Below, piece by piece: positions 37,444-47,794 of a stretch of 64,000 nucleotides of DNA. The notes under the pieces are model-generated. The model had not been told where the DNA came from. It searched no databases and saw only the letters and a list, made by a program, of their open reading frames with translations. The position numbers and the translations under genes are program-made. Each line of letters starts with the position of its first letter. The stretch's first letter is position 1. Where the stretch lies: the NCBI GenBank assembly GCA_009777955.1, contig WRKW01000001.1, forward strand, positions 98,255 to 162,254, given 5' to 3'. This stretch comes from Alphaproteobacteria bacterium. Lineage in GTDB: Bacteria > Pseudomonadota > Alphaproteobacteria > Rs-D84.

Positions 37444-40400
37444 TTATCTTTTTGCTGTTGGAACTAAATTCATGACATTGATAAGCATGGGATCGGTACA
37501 AGTACCTATAAATTCTGTGTCGGCTGTATCCATACAGTTGGATATTACATGCTCTCTTCTACAACTCGTGCCCGATTTATATACTCTAATTTTTGGACAA
37601 ACTTTGCCGGAATTAACCCCACTGGCGATAACACAGTTCATCGGTTTTGATGAATCCGCCAGATAAAATTCAGTATATCTAATTCGTAGGCTATTATTAC
37701 CAGAAGGGCAATTATAACGAGATGGGTCACCACCAGAACAATTGCCGCCGCCATTGCCACATAAATAGCTTACATCAAAGCCACATTGATTGATCTCTAC
37801 GCGATTGCCAAAAAGGGCACCAAGACCGCTTTTTACGGTAACAGTACAAGCTTCTATAGTTCCAAAGACCACTCGCCAAGTCGTGCTATAATAATAAAGG
37901 AAATCTCCTATCAATGTAGAGTCGGGGTTATATGAGTCTTTATTTGATCCGTCTTGGCTACCGCATATTCTATTTACAGGGGAAGTCCACTTGGCAGCAC
38001 CACTCACCCTAACATTGTAACATTGATAATCTGTTCCACACCGTGTTCCGTTACTAGCGGGTTGTCTTCCCCCGTTTTCCCAACAATTGCAGGAACCCCA
38101 CGAGTTTGTATCAACATTTGCATCTTGTCCGTTTCCAAATCCCGATACACACATGTTTGGACTGATGGCATATGCATCTACCAATGCCTGAAGTTGAGAA
38201 GTGGTATATTTTTCTCCACTGTGATTGATTGCTATTTGTCCTTCGTTATTAAGCTCGATAAATACGTCATCCACAGTTTTCGGAGCACAAGCTATATTTT
38301 TATCCCATTTATTATCCCTGGCTTCCATAAATACTCCTTCGAGCTGTGTACATTGCATTGAGAGCATGGTAATTATTCTGTAATAAATTTCTGTGGCAAC
38401 GCCGATGTAATTAATGTCCGTAGACATATCTTTCGGGTGAACATATCTTCCATCTGCGGTTTTTCTGAATCCGCCGAAGATATTTTCCGCGAACTCGGGG
38501 TTATCAGGAGGATTACATGCCTCTATCGATGTTAATTCGCGCGCGCATTCAGAAACCTTTTCTTCCCCCGGACCATGGAACGAAAACCAATCCATTGCTT
38601 GGCCGGTTATGAAAAGTCCACTATTCGGGTTGTACAAATTGACATAATTCTGTCCGCCAAATTTGTCGAAACAGTTTTCTACTACCGCGCGGCATGATAC
38701 TTCAAGGTCGGTTCCCTGCCGGGTCGCTACATACTGTGCGATTATATCACCCGCCGCAGTATTTCCAAACATATTGTTGCATGCCTGTACATATTCTTCG
38801 CACAAATGTCCGGTAGCTACCAGAAAGCCCGGCTGATTTGTCGTCTTGTCTGTTACCAAAGCTTCCATAGCCTTTGATAACGATTGTTCGTTGTTCATAT
38901 AACATGCGGATACAAATCCCATGCATCCTTCTTTTATTTCCCGTACTTTTTCATTTTGTGCGTAATATATGTCCAGCATAGCCTTGTCCAGATAATCAGA
39001 CCATACATCAGCCGCCTTTTCCCGACATTTGTCTAAAGCGGGTTCTGCAAACTGTTTTACGCGTCTTTCAAAATTTAATACAAATTCACGATTATCGGGA
39101 ACCTTTGCCAGTTTTTGATCCGAAACCGACACTCTGCCCGAAAATTTCAACATTTCTCCCAGTTTGTAAAATTCCACCACCCCTTCGAAAGGTTTTCCTG
39201 TTGTTGCATCTATAAATTGGCCGTTATCAAGACATTTACGGTAATTTTCTCCGCATACTTGATCCGATTGAACCGCAGCTTCTACTTCCCGCAGACATGT
39301 TGTTGCGTCGAATTCGTTGTGTGTCTGGCGATGCTGAACCCGTGCGAGATCCAGCATGGCACTGCTTTCGCGGGTGCTTGCGGTCAGGGTTCGCTTCATT
39401 TCATCCAGTTTTCTTTGCACCGTGTTGCAATCCTGTTCCATAGCCATAAGGTATGCTGTTACCGCGCGTTGAAGTGCCGCATCAGTACAATCCGGTTTCA
39501 CAGCTTGGCGGCATTGAGAATATATGGCTGTATACAAATTCGCACCGTTAAGGGTCGCTATGGCCTGGCCGCTGTCCATGGCACCAAAGCTTGCATCTAC
39601 ATTCATCGCAAGATTGATGCTATTCAAGGCTTCATTTCTGCCGCCTACATTCGCATCTTCGCCCCTTATGGAATTTAATATAGCATTCAAAAGGCCTTTT
39701 GCAGCAGACTTGTCATTAGTCAGGGCGTTTTCACCTTCGGTGGCTTTTTTCATTGCGGATGCCTGGGCTGCGGTCATTCCGACAACATCCAGATTTTCTG
39801 TAAATTCGGTCAGCTTTGCGGATGCGTCCTGCATAACGCCTTGGGTTCTTTGGATATCATAAACACGGTCGCTACAGCTGCACCGTTGGTAATTGCTGTT
39901 TTTTATCGCGCAAAACTGATCCATACAGGCGAAATAAGAACCTTTGCATTGTTCATAAGCCGCACCCGTGCGAGTTTCTACGGTTTGTGCCGTGGCATTG
40001 CGCGAAGTGATGGCGGAACGTGCGGCGGATGGGACGCGGGCGGTAAGTGCAGATGTTGTAGCGGAACGTGCAGATGCAGTCTGTCGTGATGCGGAAGAAC
40101 GTGCGGGTATACCTTGAACGCGTTGCGCGGCAGCTGTGATTGGTACGGCGGAACGTGATTGAACCGCTGTTGAAGTGGGCGAAGATCCTGTTGCTCGCGA
40201 TACAGTATTGCGTGTGGATTCCGCAGCTTGTGGTGCGACACGTGGTGCCGGAACATCCGCGCTTTGTACCCTGTTATCTGTACTTTGTCGCGGGTTAGAT
40301 GTGTTGCGCGGCGTGGCGGCATCAATCGCGGATATACAAAAAACCAGCAAAAAAGATATAAATAGCTTTCTCACGCTCTTATAATAGCAATTTTGTAAAC

Positions 40401-40449
40401 AGCGGGTCAATATGTAATTGATATCTTGTAAACTAAATACAAGTACCAA
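37444..40449 (-). CDS. Large secreted Cys-rich protein (~975-1001 aa) with an Arg/Ser/Ala/Thr-rich low-complexity N-terminal region
   Basis: Signal peptide KLFISFLLVFCISAIDAA, with a possible GTG start at 40374. Low-complexity ~150 aa (…SARSATTSALTARVPSAARSAITSR…), then a ~800-aa domain with >40 Cys. No family assignment. Confidence 0.5.
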   Translation of the reverse strand: MVLVFSLQDINYILTRCLQNCYYKSVRKLFISFLLVFCISAIDAATPRNTSNPRQSTDNRVQSADVPAPRVAPQAAESTRNTVSRATGSSPTSTAVQSRSAVPITAAAQRVQGIPARSSASRQTASARSATTSALTARVPSAARSAITSRNATAQTVETRTGAAYEQCKGSYFACMDQFCAIKNSNYQRCSCSDRVYDIQRTQGVMQDASAKLTEFTENLDVVGMTAAQASAMKKATEGENALTNDKSAAKGLLNAILNSIRGEDANVGGRNEALNSINLAMNVDASFGAMDSGQAIATLNGANLYTAIYSQCRQAVKPDCTDAALQRAVTAYLMAMEQDCNTVQRKLDEMKRTLTASTRESSAMLDLARVQHRQTHNEFDATTCLREVEAAVQSDQVCGENYRKCLDNGQFIDATTGKPFEGVVEFYKLGEMLKFSGRVSVSDQKLAKVPDNREFVLNFERRVKQFAEPALDKCREKAADVWSDYLDKAMLDIYYAQNEKVREIKEGCMGFVSACYMNNEQSLSKAMEALVTDKTTNQPGFLVATGHLCEEYVQACNNMFGNTAAGDIIAQYVATRQGTDLEVSCRAVVENCFDKFGGQNYVNLYNPNSGLFITGQAMDWFSFHGPGEEKVSECARELTSIEACNPPDNPEFAENIFGGFRKTADGRYVHPKDMSTDINYIGVATEIYYRIITMLSMQCTQLEGVFMEARDNKWDKNIACAPKTVDDVFIELNNEGQIAINHSGEKYTTSQLQALVDAYAISPNMCVSGFGNGQDANVDTNSWGSCNCWENGGRQPASNGTRCGTDYQCYNVRVSGAAKWTSPVNRICGSQDGSNKDSYNPDSTLIGDFLYYYSTTWRVVFGTIEACTVTVKSGLGALFGNRVEINQCGFDVSYLCGNGGGNCSGGDPSRYNCPSGNNSLRIRYTEFYLADSSKPMNCVIASGVNSGKVCPKIRVYKSGTSCRREHVISNCMDTADTEFIGTCTDPMLINVMNLVPTAKR

Positions 40450-40517
40450 CTTGTTTTTTTTAGAATGAGTGGTATTTTAACAAAACAATATACTGACTAT
40501 GGACTATCAGCTAATCT

Positions 40518-41555
40518 ATGACTGTTCCACATAATATCTATATTCATGTGCCGTTTTGCACATCAAAGTGCAACTATTGTACTTTTTATTCTGTTGTATG
40601 CCAGCCTGATTGGAATGCATACGCGGCGCGTATTGCCAACGAAATAAAATATTGGGGCAGACAGTTGGGAACTGTGCAGGTTCCCAGTATATTTTTCGGT
40701 GGCGGAACACCATCGCTTATGCCGGTTTCGACATTTGCAGAAATCATGGATACCCTGCGAACCGTATTAGATATTCCATCAAAAACAGAAATTACACTGG
40801 AAGCGAATCCGGGAACATTGTCGGCAACGCGCCTTGCCGGGTTCAAGACCGCGGGCGTTAACCGTCTTTCCGTTGGTGTACAATCATTAGATGATAATAT
40901 TTTGCAATTTTTGGGTCGCAGGCATAACGCGCGAGCTGCGCGCGGACTTGTAAAATCGGCACAAGATATGGGATTGCGTGTCTCTGGTGATTTTATATAT
41001 GGTCTGCCCGGCCAGACTGTCGCCAATGTGGAAAAAATGTGCCGCGATATTCTGAATATGGAATTGCGTCATGCCTCGCTTTACGAACTGTCAATAGAAC
41101 CCGGAACTGTATTCGCACAACAAAAGCTTCGGGTTCCGTCAAATGAAATCATTACAGAAATGTACCAAATCATTGGTGATATTCTGCCCAGATATGAAGT
41201 TTCAAATTATGCTGCCCTTTATGAAGAATGCCGACATAACCAAAATATCTGGGATGGACAACCCTATATCGGAATCGGACAGGGGGCATGCGGAAGAATT
41301 TTTGCCAATGGGGTTTGGTACGAACAGGGGGAAAAATGCGAACCTATGGATAGTAAAACCCGCGCTGTGGAAAAAGTAATGACAGGATTACGGACAACGC
41401 GTGGTGTGCTTTTGACACCTGATGTACGGGATGTAATAGATATGGAATTTATCGGTAACAATCAAAAATATCTTAATATTACAGATGGCCGTCTAGCAGC
41501 CACACATAGCGGAATCTTGATTCTGGATAATTTATTGGTAAAGCTGCTTGTATAA
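40518..41555 (+). CDS. hemW: Radical SAM family heme chaperone HemW (coproporphyrinogen III oxidase-like)
   Basis: CTSKCNYCTF is the CxxxCxxC radical-SAM motif. GGGTPSL and overall HemN/HemW-like architecture. 345 aa. Confidence 0.7.
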   Translation: MTVPHNIYIHVPFCTSKCNYCTFYSVVCQPDWNAYAARIANEIKYWGRQLGTVQVPSIFFGGGTPSLMPVSTFAEIMDTLRTVLDIPSKTEITLEANPGTLSATRLAGFKTAGVNRLSVGVQSLDDNILQFLGRRHNARAARGLVKSAQDMGLRVSGDFIYGLPGQTVANVEKMCRDILNMELRHASLYELSIEPGTVFAQQKLRVPSNEIITEMYQIIGDILPRYEVSNYAALYEECRHNQNIWDGQPYIGIGQGACGRIFANGVWYEQGEKCEPMDSKTRAVEKVMTGLRTTRGVLLTPDVRDVIDMEFIGNNQKYLNITDGRLAATHSGILILDNLLVKLLV

Positions 41556-41620
41556 ATTTATGATCGTTGATTTATATTAGAGTTACATCGACCAGCTACT
41601 AACGACTATCGACTAAATTA

Positions 41621-43168
41621 TTAAATCCTGATCTTTTCTTCGTAAACATCTGGCAAGTCATTTTCGTACAGTACTGTGTCATTGTGTTTTGCATTTTCGG
41701 AAAGCCATTTATCTGCTTCTGATTTGCTTTCCACGTAAATCAGTTTATCAGAATCAATCTGATTAATAAATGTCGGGATTCTGCCACCTGCTACCACAAT
41801 TACCATATCCATTTTTTCATTTGTTCGCTGACCCACGATTTTATGGTATTCGTCGTGTTTTGCGCCAAGTTCTACCATGCCGGGCGTTATGATTATAGCC
41901 CGACCCTTGTTTGAATTTGCAAGGATTCGCACAGTATCTATCGCCGATAAAAATCCGTCCAGATTTGAATTAAAGCCGTCGTCGACTATAATCATGCTAT
42001 TTGCACGCTTTACTTCCAGCCTGTGTGGTGTCTGTGGCAAGGTAGCAAGTGCGGCGATTATAGTATCTGTTGGAATACCCAATTGCGTTGCTGCGCAAAA
42101 TGCTAATGTTATGTTATTTGCTTGATGTTCCCCGTAAACAGGTGCGAATATCTTATAATTATTGTTGCCATGATTCAAAACAAACCTTAATCCGTCTGCA
42201 TTAATGCGGATATCCCGGATCAGATCCATCGGTAATATTACAGAATTTTTTGGCGCGAAATCATTTATGTACTTTTTTGCAACCTGAATGGAATTTATAA
42301 TACAGTCGCCACCATTTTTTGCGATGGATTTTACCAGATCGAATTTTTCACGCGCGACATTGTCCAATGATTTGAAATTTTCATAATGTGCCGCGCCCAC
42401 TGCTGTCAAAATTCCATATTCTGGGTTTATCAGATTGCATAATTTTGCGATCCCACCGGGACTATCAGTACCCATTTCAACAATAAAATATTTATGCCCG
42501 GGCGATAGATCTTCGCGTACTACCCGTACCACCCCCATAAGGGTATTTATTGATCGGGCTGTGGCATAAGATCGTACGCCCGCAGATTGCAATATGTGTT
42601 GCAAGATGTTTTTTGTGCTGGTCTTGCCAAAACTGCCCGTGATTCCGATACAAATCGGATTAAGTTCGCGAAGTTTTTTTATCGCATTTGATAGATACAT
42701 CCTTTGCATCATGAATTCTATTGGCCAAAGAAAAATATTTGATGCTATCAGCATGAACGGCGGCAGTTGAACAGCTATCAATATAGCTATCAATGTCGGC
42801 GCAAACAATGCCAATGTTGCCGCGGCCGAAACATTAAATAAAAGCGCGGCAAGGAATATCCTTTTTGCACGCGATGTCAGAACCAGTTTCTTTTTTGCAT
42901 TGCGCAATGGATTCTTTTCGAATATACCAACCACGATAAATATTGCCGTCGCTATATATTCTAAAAAACCGAAATGTGACGCAATCAACCCGGCGATCAG
43001 CATACAGGCAAATGCGATTTTATCTATCAGTTGAAACTTATAGAAAATAAATTTGAAAAATTTCCAATTCAGGTATTCGTTCTGTTGAAAAAATTTTAAT
43101 GCAAACAGACTTCGCCGCACTGCAAAAAAGGCGAATGCCAGTAACAAAACCGCAAACTGCCATGTCAT
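41621..43168 (-). CDS. Mur ligase family protein (MurF-like central and C-terminal domains) fused to a ~170-aa N-terminal polytopic membrane domain
   Basis: GITGSFGKTSTKN P-loop, and a …PHRLEV… C-terminal-domain motif. The N-terminus has 4-5 predicted TM helices in place of the soluble MurF N-domain. Confidence 0.6.
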   Translation of the reverse strand: MTWQFAVLLLAFAFFAVRRSLFALKFFQQNEYLNWKFFKFIFYKFQLIDKIAFACMLIAGLIASHFGFLEYIATAIFIVVGIFEKNPLRNAKKKLVLTSRAKRIFLAALLFNVSAAATLALFAPTLIAILIAVQLPPFMLIASNIFLWPIEFMMQRMYLSNAIKKLRELNPICIGITGSFGKTSTKNILQHILQSAGVRSYATARSINTLMGVVRVVREDLSPGHKYFIVEMGTDSPGGIAKLCNLINPEYGILTAVGAAHYENFKSLDNVAREKFDLVKSIAKNGGDCIINSIQVAKKYINDFAPKNSVILPMDLIRDIRINADGLRFVLNHGNNNYKIFAPVYGEHQANNITLAFCAATQLGIPTDTIIAALATLPQTPHRLEVKRANSMIIVDDGFNSNLDGFLSAIDTVRILANSNKGRAIIITPGMVELGAKHDEYHKIVGQRTNEKMDMVIVVAGGRIPTFINQIDSDKLIYVESKSEADKWLSENAKHNDTVLYENDLPDVYEEKIRI

Positions 43169-43854
43169 TTTATAAACCTTTTTATTATGCCTGAAACTTG
43201 AAACCGGCCAGTGGTCAGAATATCATTATGTTCAAAACCATGCAATATTTCCAGTTTGGCACCCGGAATCGCGCGGGCAAATTTGCGACCGAAACTTGGC
43301 GGAGTATCAATATCATTCGATCCGTAAATCAACAGGGTTGGAATGCGGATTTCTCGAGCCGCATCGATGGTTTTATGCCGCAAACTTTGCGACAATATCC
43401 GGCGCATCATGCCGGACGCGTTGCGATAGTCGGTGCTTTGGAAAAGCGCGGCGGTTTTTGCCCCGACCGAACCAAACATCCGTATAAATTTTACCACAGG
43501 TCGAAAAATAATCCGACGCAATCTGGAACGTAATGTTACAAATCCTGCGCCGCCTATGACTATTATTCCACGAATTAGATCCGGTCGGCTGGCAGCGATT
43601 TCCATCGCTATCTTTCCACCGAATGAGTGTCCGATTATCCAGGGGTTTAGATTTTGCCCTATTATCCAATCCGCAATAGCCTTTGCATATTCTTCAACCG
43701 TCATCGGAGTATCAGGTTCCGGTGTATTGCCAAAACCAGGCAAATCAATTATGTAACGATTATTTGCGATAAACTCTGTCGCAAGCGGTCGCAAATTCGC
43801 GCTGTTATGTCCCCAGCCATGCAGAAAAACCAATGGTTCGCCCATACCGGTCAT
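43165..43854 (-). CDS. Alpha/beta hydrolase
   Basis: LVFLHGWGHN oxyanion region and GHSFGG nucleophile elbow. Start chosen at MTGMGEP (43854). The ORF track extends to 43932, which would overlap the divergent ddl start. Confidence 0.6.
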   Translation of the reverse strand: MTGMGEPLVFLHGWGHNSANLRPLATEFIANNRYIIDLPGFGNTPEPDTPMTVEEYAKAIADWIIGQNLNPWIIGHSFGGKIAMEIAASRPDLIRGIIVIGGAGFVTLRSRLRRIIFRPVVKFIRMFGSVGAKTAALFQSTDYRNASGMMRRILSQSLRHKTIDAAREIRIPTLLIYGSNDIDTPPSFGRKFARAIPGAKLEILHGFEHNDILTTGRFQVSGIIKRFIK

Positions 43855-43925
43855 GTTTTGAAAATATATTGAATTATGTATTTTTTTGTGTAACATACGC
43901 GATATTATAAACCAAGGATAGGAAA

Positions 43926-45086
43926 ATGGCAAAGAAAATCGCGGTATTTTTCGGGGGACAATCTTTCGAACATGATGTCAGTATCCTGACCGGCCTGCAA
44001 GTATGTCAGGTAATGGATAGATCTAGGTATCAACCCATTCCGGTTTATGTTGATCGCAAAGGACACCTTTGGATTGGGAAAGAACTTTCATATACCATAA
44101 ATTATCCTATTGATGATTATATGCGGTCAAAGCTTTCCCGGGTATCCCTTGAAATCGGTAATTGCGGAAGCCTGGCTGTCACAGGTGGAATATTCAAACG
44201 CCGTATAAAATTTGACGCTGCATTTTTGGCTTTTCATGGCGGTTCCGGGGAATCGGGTGCATGGCAAGGCGCATTGGCCGCGGCCAAAATTACGTATGCC
44301 GGTGCAAGCGTTCTGGCAAGCAGCGTGTATATGAGCAAGCACATAACAAAGCTGTTATGCCGCCAATCAGGTATAAATGTCTTGCCGGAAACAATCGTCC
44401 GCCGCCCGGAAACAATCGACATCGCGAAGATAACAGCCGGGTTAGATATAAAATATCCAGTTATAGTAAAGCCGGAATCGCTGGGCAGCTCTGTCGGTGT
44501 TTCGCGCGCGAACAATAAAGGCGAATTGTCGGCAGCATTATTGGCTGTATTTAAAATGGATACTGCTGCTATTATAGAGCCTTTTGTAGAAAACCTTGTC
44601 GAATATAATATAGCAGTAATGAAAAAAGACGGTGCTATCGTAACATCTACAATAGAAACGCCGAATAGTGGTGGCGAAGTCTGGTCATTTGCGGGCAAAT
44701 ATATGGGTGATGGGGCAAAGAAAAAGAAAACCGGGTTTCTGGATGCCATGCCATCAGATGAAGTCCTGGCATCGCGTCGCGAATACGCCCCAAAAATCAC
44801 TGCTAAACAGGAAAATTTTATCCGTAGTTCTGCGGTGAAATTGTTCGATTTGCTGGGTGCGAACGGTGCGCCGCGTATCGATTATCTGTGCAATTCCAAG
44901 ACTGGGGAAATATGGCTTAATGAAGTAAACCCAATACCTGGCGCGTTTGCATTCTATCTGTGGCGCAATTCTATGCATGCGGTGTCATATCAAGATCTGG
45001 TATCGATATTGCTTGATAATGCATTCAATGAAGAAAGCGTGCAAGCGTTCGATTTGAACGCCAGTGGCAGCAAAATTTTTAAATAA
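43926..45086 (+). CDS. ddl: D-alanine--D-alanine ligase family ATP-grasp protein (long DdlA-like form)
   Basis: MAKKIAVFFGGQSFEHDVSILTG N-terminal Ddl signature, …YPVIVKPESLGSSVGVS…, and …EVNPIPG…. 386 aa. Confidence 0.65.
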   Translation: MAKKIAVFFGGQSFEHDVSILTGLQVCQVMDRSRYQPIPVYVDRKGHLWIGKELSYTINYPIDDYMRSKLSRVSLEIGNCGSLAVTGGIFKRRIKFDAAFLAFHGGSGESGAWQGALAAAKITYAGASVLASSVYMSKHITKLLCRQSGINVLPETIVRRPETIDIAKITAGLDIKYPVIVKPESLGSSVGVSRANNKGELSAALLAVFKMDTAAIIEPFVENLVEYNIAVMKKDGAIVTSTIETPNSGGEVWSFAGKYMGDGAKKKKTGFLDAMPSDEVLASRREYAPKITAKQENFIRSSAVKLFDLLGANGAPRIDYLCNSKTGEIWLNEVNPIPGAFAFYLWRNSMHAVSYQDLVSILLDNAFNEESVQAFDLNASGSKIFK

Positions 45087-45096
45087 CGAGGTTGTC

Positions 45097-47112
45097 ATGA
45101 AAAACAAAATTCTTAATATAATTTCCGCATTGGCAGTGGTGATAACCGCCATCACAATATTTACTTTTAAGGGGGATCGCAAAATGAATACAGGAATAGA
45201 ACTTATAAACATGGATTTATCCATAAGACCCGGTGACGATTTTTACGACTTTGCGACTTCCGGCTGGCGGTTCGAGAATCCTATTCCCGATGATTACGCC
45301 AGATTCGGCGCATTTGAAAAACTGATTCAGGACAATGATGCGAAAATAAAATCCCTTGTTGTTGGAATTGCACAACGGCGGCATGCGACAGGAACAATAG
45401 AACAAAAAATTGGAACATTTTATAATGTCGCAATGGATGATAAGAAATTAAACAACGATGGAATTGAACCAGCCAGAAGTGATTTGGCTGAAATAAACTC
45501 CTTGGCAAATCGAAGTGATCTGGCCGCCTTTTTGGGCGGGTTTCATAAGACCGCAAGCGGATTTTGGAGCAGTGGCATAGCACCGGACATGAAAGACAGC
45601 AGCATATACATATTTGTAATCGGACAATCCGGAATCGGGTTGCCCGAACGCGAATATTACTTTGACAAGGAAAGTGCTGAAATTCGCAAAAAATATAAAA
45701 ACTATTTGTCGGATCTGTTCATGCACTTTGACATAGATGGCGATGTTCAGGGTGTATATAAATTGGAAGAACGGCTTGCCCGCGCACATTCCAAAAAAGA
45801 AAATCTGCGCGATCCAGAAAAAAATTATCATAGATTTTCTTATGCAGAGTTCAAAAAAAAGTTCAACGGGTTTAATTGGGACGCATATTTTGACGCACGT
45901 GGCGCAAGACCCATGACCATAAATGTGGGACAACCAAAAGCATTAACCGAAGCTTTGGAGATCATCGATAACGCGCCGATGGATGATATAAAACTTTATT
46001 TGAAACGCATGCTGATTGGAAAGGCATCGGCATTTTTGGATGATGCGGCATTCGATCTGACTTTTGATTTTTACAGCCGTACATTATCGGGTCAGCCATC
46101 GCCAAAACCCAGGTGGCGGAGAGCTTTATCAATTCTTGATGCATCAATAGGCGAAGCGGTCGGCGAAGTATATGTTAAAAAATATTTTCCGCCCGAAGCA
46201 AAAGAGCGTATGGAGCAGCTGGTTGAAAATCTTCGTGACGCATACTTCGAACGAATAAAAAAATTAGAATGGATGAGCGACCCGACAAAGAAAAAAGCAC
46301 TTGATAAACTGGCCACATTCCGTGCCAAAATCGGATACCCAGATAAATTCCGTGATTATTCAAAGCTGGAAATTACCGATGATTCATATTGGGCGAATAT
46401 AAAACGCGCGGACATGTTTGAAGACGAATATTGGCTGGAAAAATTGGGCAAGGCGGTTGATCGTGATTTATGGCTTATGAATCCGCATACGGTAAATGCT
46501 TATTATTGGTCACAGACAAATGAAATTTGTTTTCCGGCCGGAATACTGCAACCGCCGTTTTTTGATATGTCTGCCGATGATGCGTTCAATTACGGTGCCA
46601 TCGGCAGTGTAATCGCACATGAAATGACGCATGGGTTCGACGATAGCGGACGAAAATTTGACAAGGATGGAAATATGAACGATTGGTGGACACGTTCGGA
46701 CGCACAGGCATTCGAAAAACGCGCAAAAATCATGCGAGAATTTTTTAACGGTATAGAAGTCGCACCGGGCATATTTGCGAACGGGGAATTCAGTCTGGGT
46801 GAAAATTTATCAGACTATGGTGGTGTTACTATATCATTTACGGCTTTTCAAAATGCTGCTATGAACACACAATCGTTGACGTGGAAAAATTTTACACCAG
46901 AACAAAGATTTTTCATATCTTATGCTTCGATTTGGGCCGGCAACATTCGTCCGGAAGAAATTCTGCGCCGTACCAAAACCGGTGTACATTCACTTGCTCG
47001 TTGGCGGGTAAACGGAATATTGCCGCATGTTGACGCTTGGTACAAAGCGTTTGATATTAAACCAAATGATATACTTTATATCGCACCAGAGAGCAGGGTT
47101 AATATTTGGTAA
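45097..47112 (+). CDS. M13 family metallopeptidase (neprilysin/PepO-like), with an N-terminal membrane anchor
   Basis: HEMTHGFD zinc motif, NAYY, and a downstream E…GENLSD motif. Start chosen at MKNKILNI, which has a GAGG RBS. Confidence 0.75.
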   Translation: MKNKILNIISALAVVITAITIFTFKGDRKMNTGIELINMDLSIRPGDDFYDFATSGWRFENPIPDDYARFGAFEKLIQDNDAKIKSLVVGIAQRRHATGTIEQKIGTFYNVAMDDKKLNNDGIEPARSDLAEINSLANRSDLAAFLGGFHKTASGFWSSGIAPDMKDSSIYIFVIGQSGIGLPEREYYFDKESAEIRKKYKNYLSDLFMHFDIDGDVQGVYKLEERLARAHSKKENLRDPEKNYHRFSYAEFKKKFNGFNWDAYFDARGARPMTINVGQPKALTEALEIIDNAPMDDIKLYLKRMLIGKASAFLDDAAFDLTFDFYSRTLSGQPSPKPRWRRALSILDASIGEAVGEVYVKKYFPPEAKERMEQLVENLRDAYFERIKKLEWMSDPTKKKALDKLATFRAKIGYPDKFRDYSKLEITDDSYWANIKRADMFEDEYWLEKLGKAVDRDLWLMNPHTVNAYYWSQTNEICFPAGILQPPFFDMSADDAFNYGAIGSVIAHEMTHGFDDSGRKFDKDGNMNDWWTRSDAQAFEKRAKIMREFFNGIEVAPGIFANGEFSLGENLSDYGGVTISFTAFQNAAMNTQSLTWKNFTPEQRFFISYASIWAGNIRPEEILRRTKTGVHSLARWRVNGILPHVDAWYKAFDIKPNDILYIAPESRVNIW

Positions 47113-47160
47113 TCAAGCGACAGAAATGTACTTTTTTGGATATAACCATGGGGGCTAATT

Positions 47161-47592
47161 ATGGGAAATAACATATGGGAAAAGCTGAATTATGAAGCCG
47201 AAAAACTTCAAGGTTCAAGAACATGGTCCCCGTTTGTGACTGGGGGGGATGTGTCATGCGCGCTGGAAAGCGAAAACGGAAAAATTTTTACCGGAATAAA
47301 TATAGAAAACTGCTGCGGAGTGGTTTGCCTGTGCGCTGAACGGGTTGCAATAACGAAAATGGTAACCGAAACGGGCGAATTGGTGGTAAAACGTCTTTTA
47401 GCGCGCGGAAGCATCCCGCCAAAAGAAGAATTGAATAATTGGGCTCCATGTGGTGCTTGCAGAGAATTTCTGATGCAACTGTCCGACAAAAATAAAGATA
47501 CAGAAATTATGATGGATTTTGAAACCGGGAAAACAATAACTTTGAAAGAACTAATTCCGTATTGGTGGGGAGATGTAAGGTTCAAAAAATAA
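47161..47592 (+). CDS. cdd: Cytidine deaminase-like protein
   Basis: C-A-E (CAERVAI) and PCGACREFL zinc-binding motifs of the CDA family. 143 aa. Confidence 0.55.
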   Translation: MGNNIWEKLNYEAEKLQGSRTWSPFVTGGDVSCALESENGKIFTGINIENCCGVVCLCAERVAITKMVTETGELVVKRLLARGSIPPKEELNNWAPCGACREFLMQLSDKNKDTEIMMDFETGKTITLKELIPYWWGDVRFKK

Positions 47593-47744
47593 TCAAAAAA
47601 GGTATATTCCTGTATTTGATCCTATTTTTATAATCCGATTAAGTCTTTTTAATAGTCGTATTTTCTCTTTCGTGGTGAAAGGATGATGTGATTTGATTTT
47701 CGTAATTTCGCATCATCTCACACCTTATGATTATTTCTAATAAG

Positions 47745-47794
47745 TGGTCAGGGCGACTGGAGTCGAACCAGCGACCCCTTGCACCCCATGCAAG
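47745..47794. repeat. 50-bp duplication of the 3' end of tRNA-Pro (distal att site of the integrated element)
   Basis: TGGTCAGGGCGACTGGAGTCGAACCAGCGACCCCTTGCACCCCATGCAAG is identical to 55588..55637. It covers the CCA end, T-arm and anticodon stem-loop of the tRNA. Confidence 0.8.

Noticed and set aside
38000-40400. Multiple plus-strand ORFs (37954..38361, 39115..39678, 39524..39862, 39841..40089, 40175..40384)
   Set aside because: All lie antisense within the single long minus-strand ORF encoding the Cys-rich secreted protein.
43926-45086. Calling the Ddl-like plus Mur-ligase pair a split cyanophycin synthetase
   Set aside because: The ATP-grasp protein has a canonical D-Ala-D-Ala ligase N-terminal signature and the Mur-ligase resembles MurF. 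A peptidoglycan role is therefore more parsimonious. It is kept only as a low-confidence alternative in the findings.
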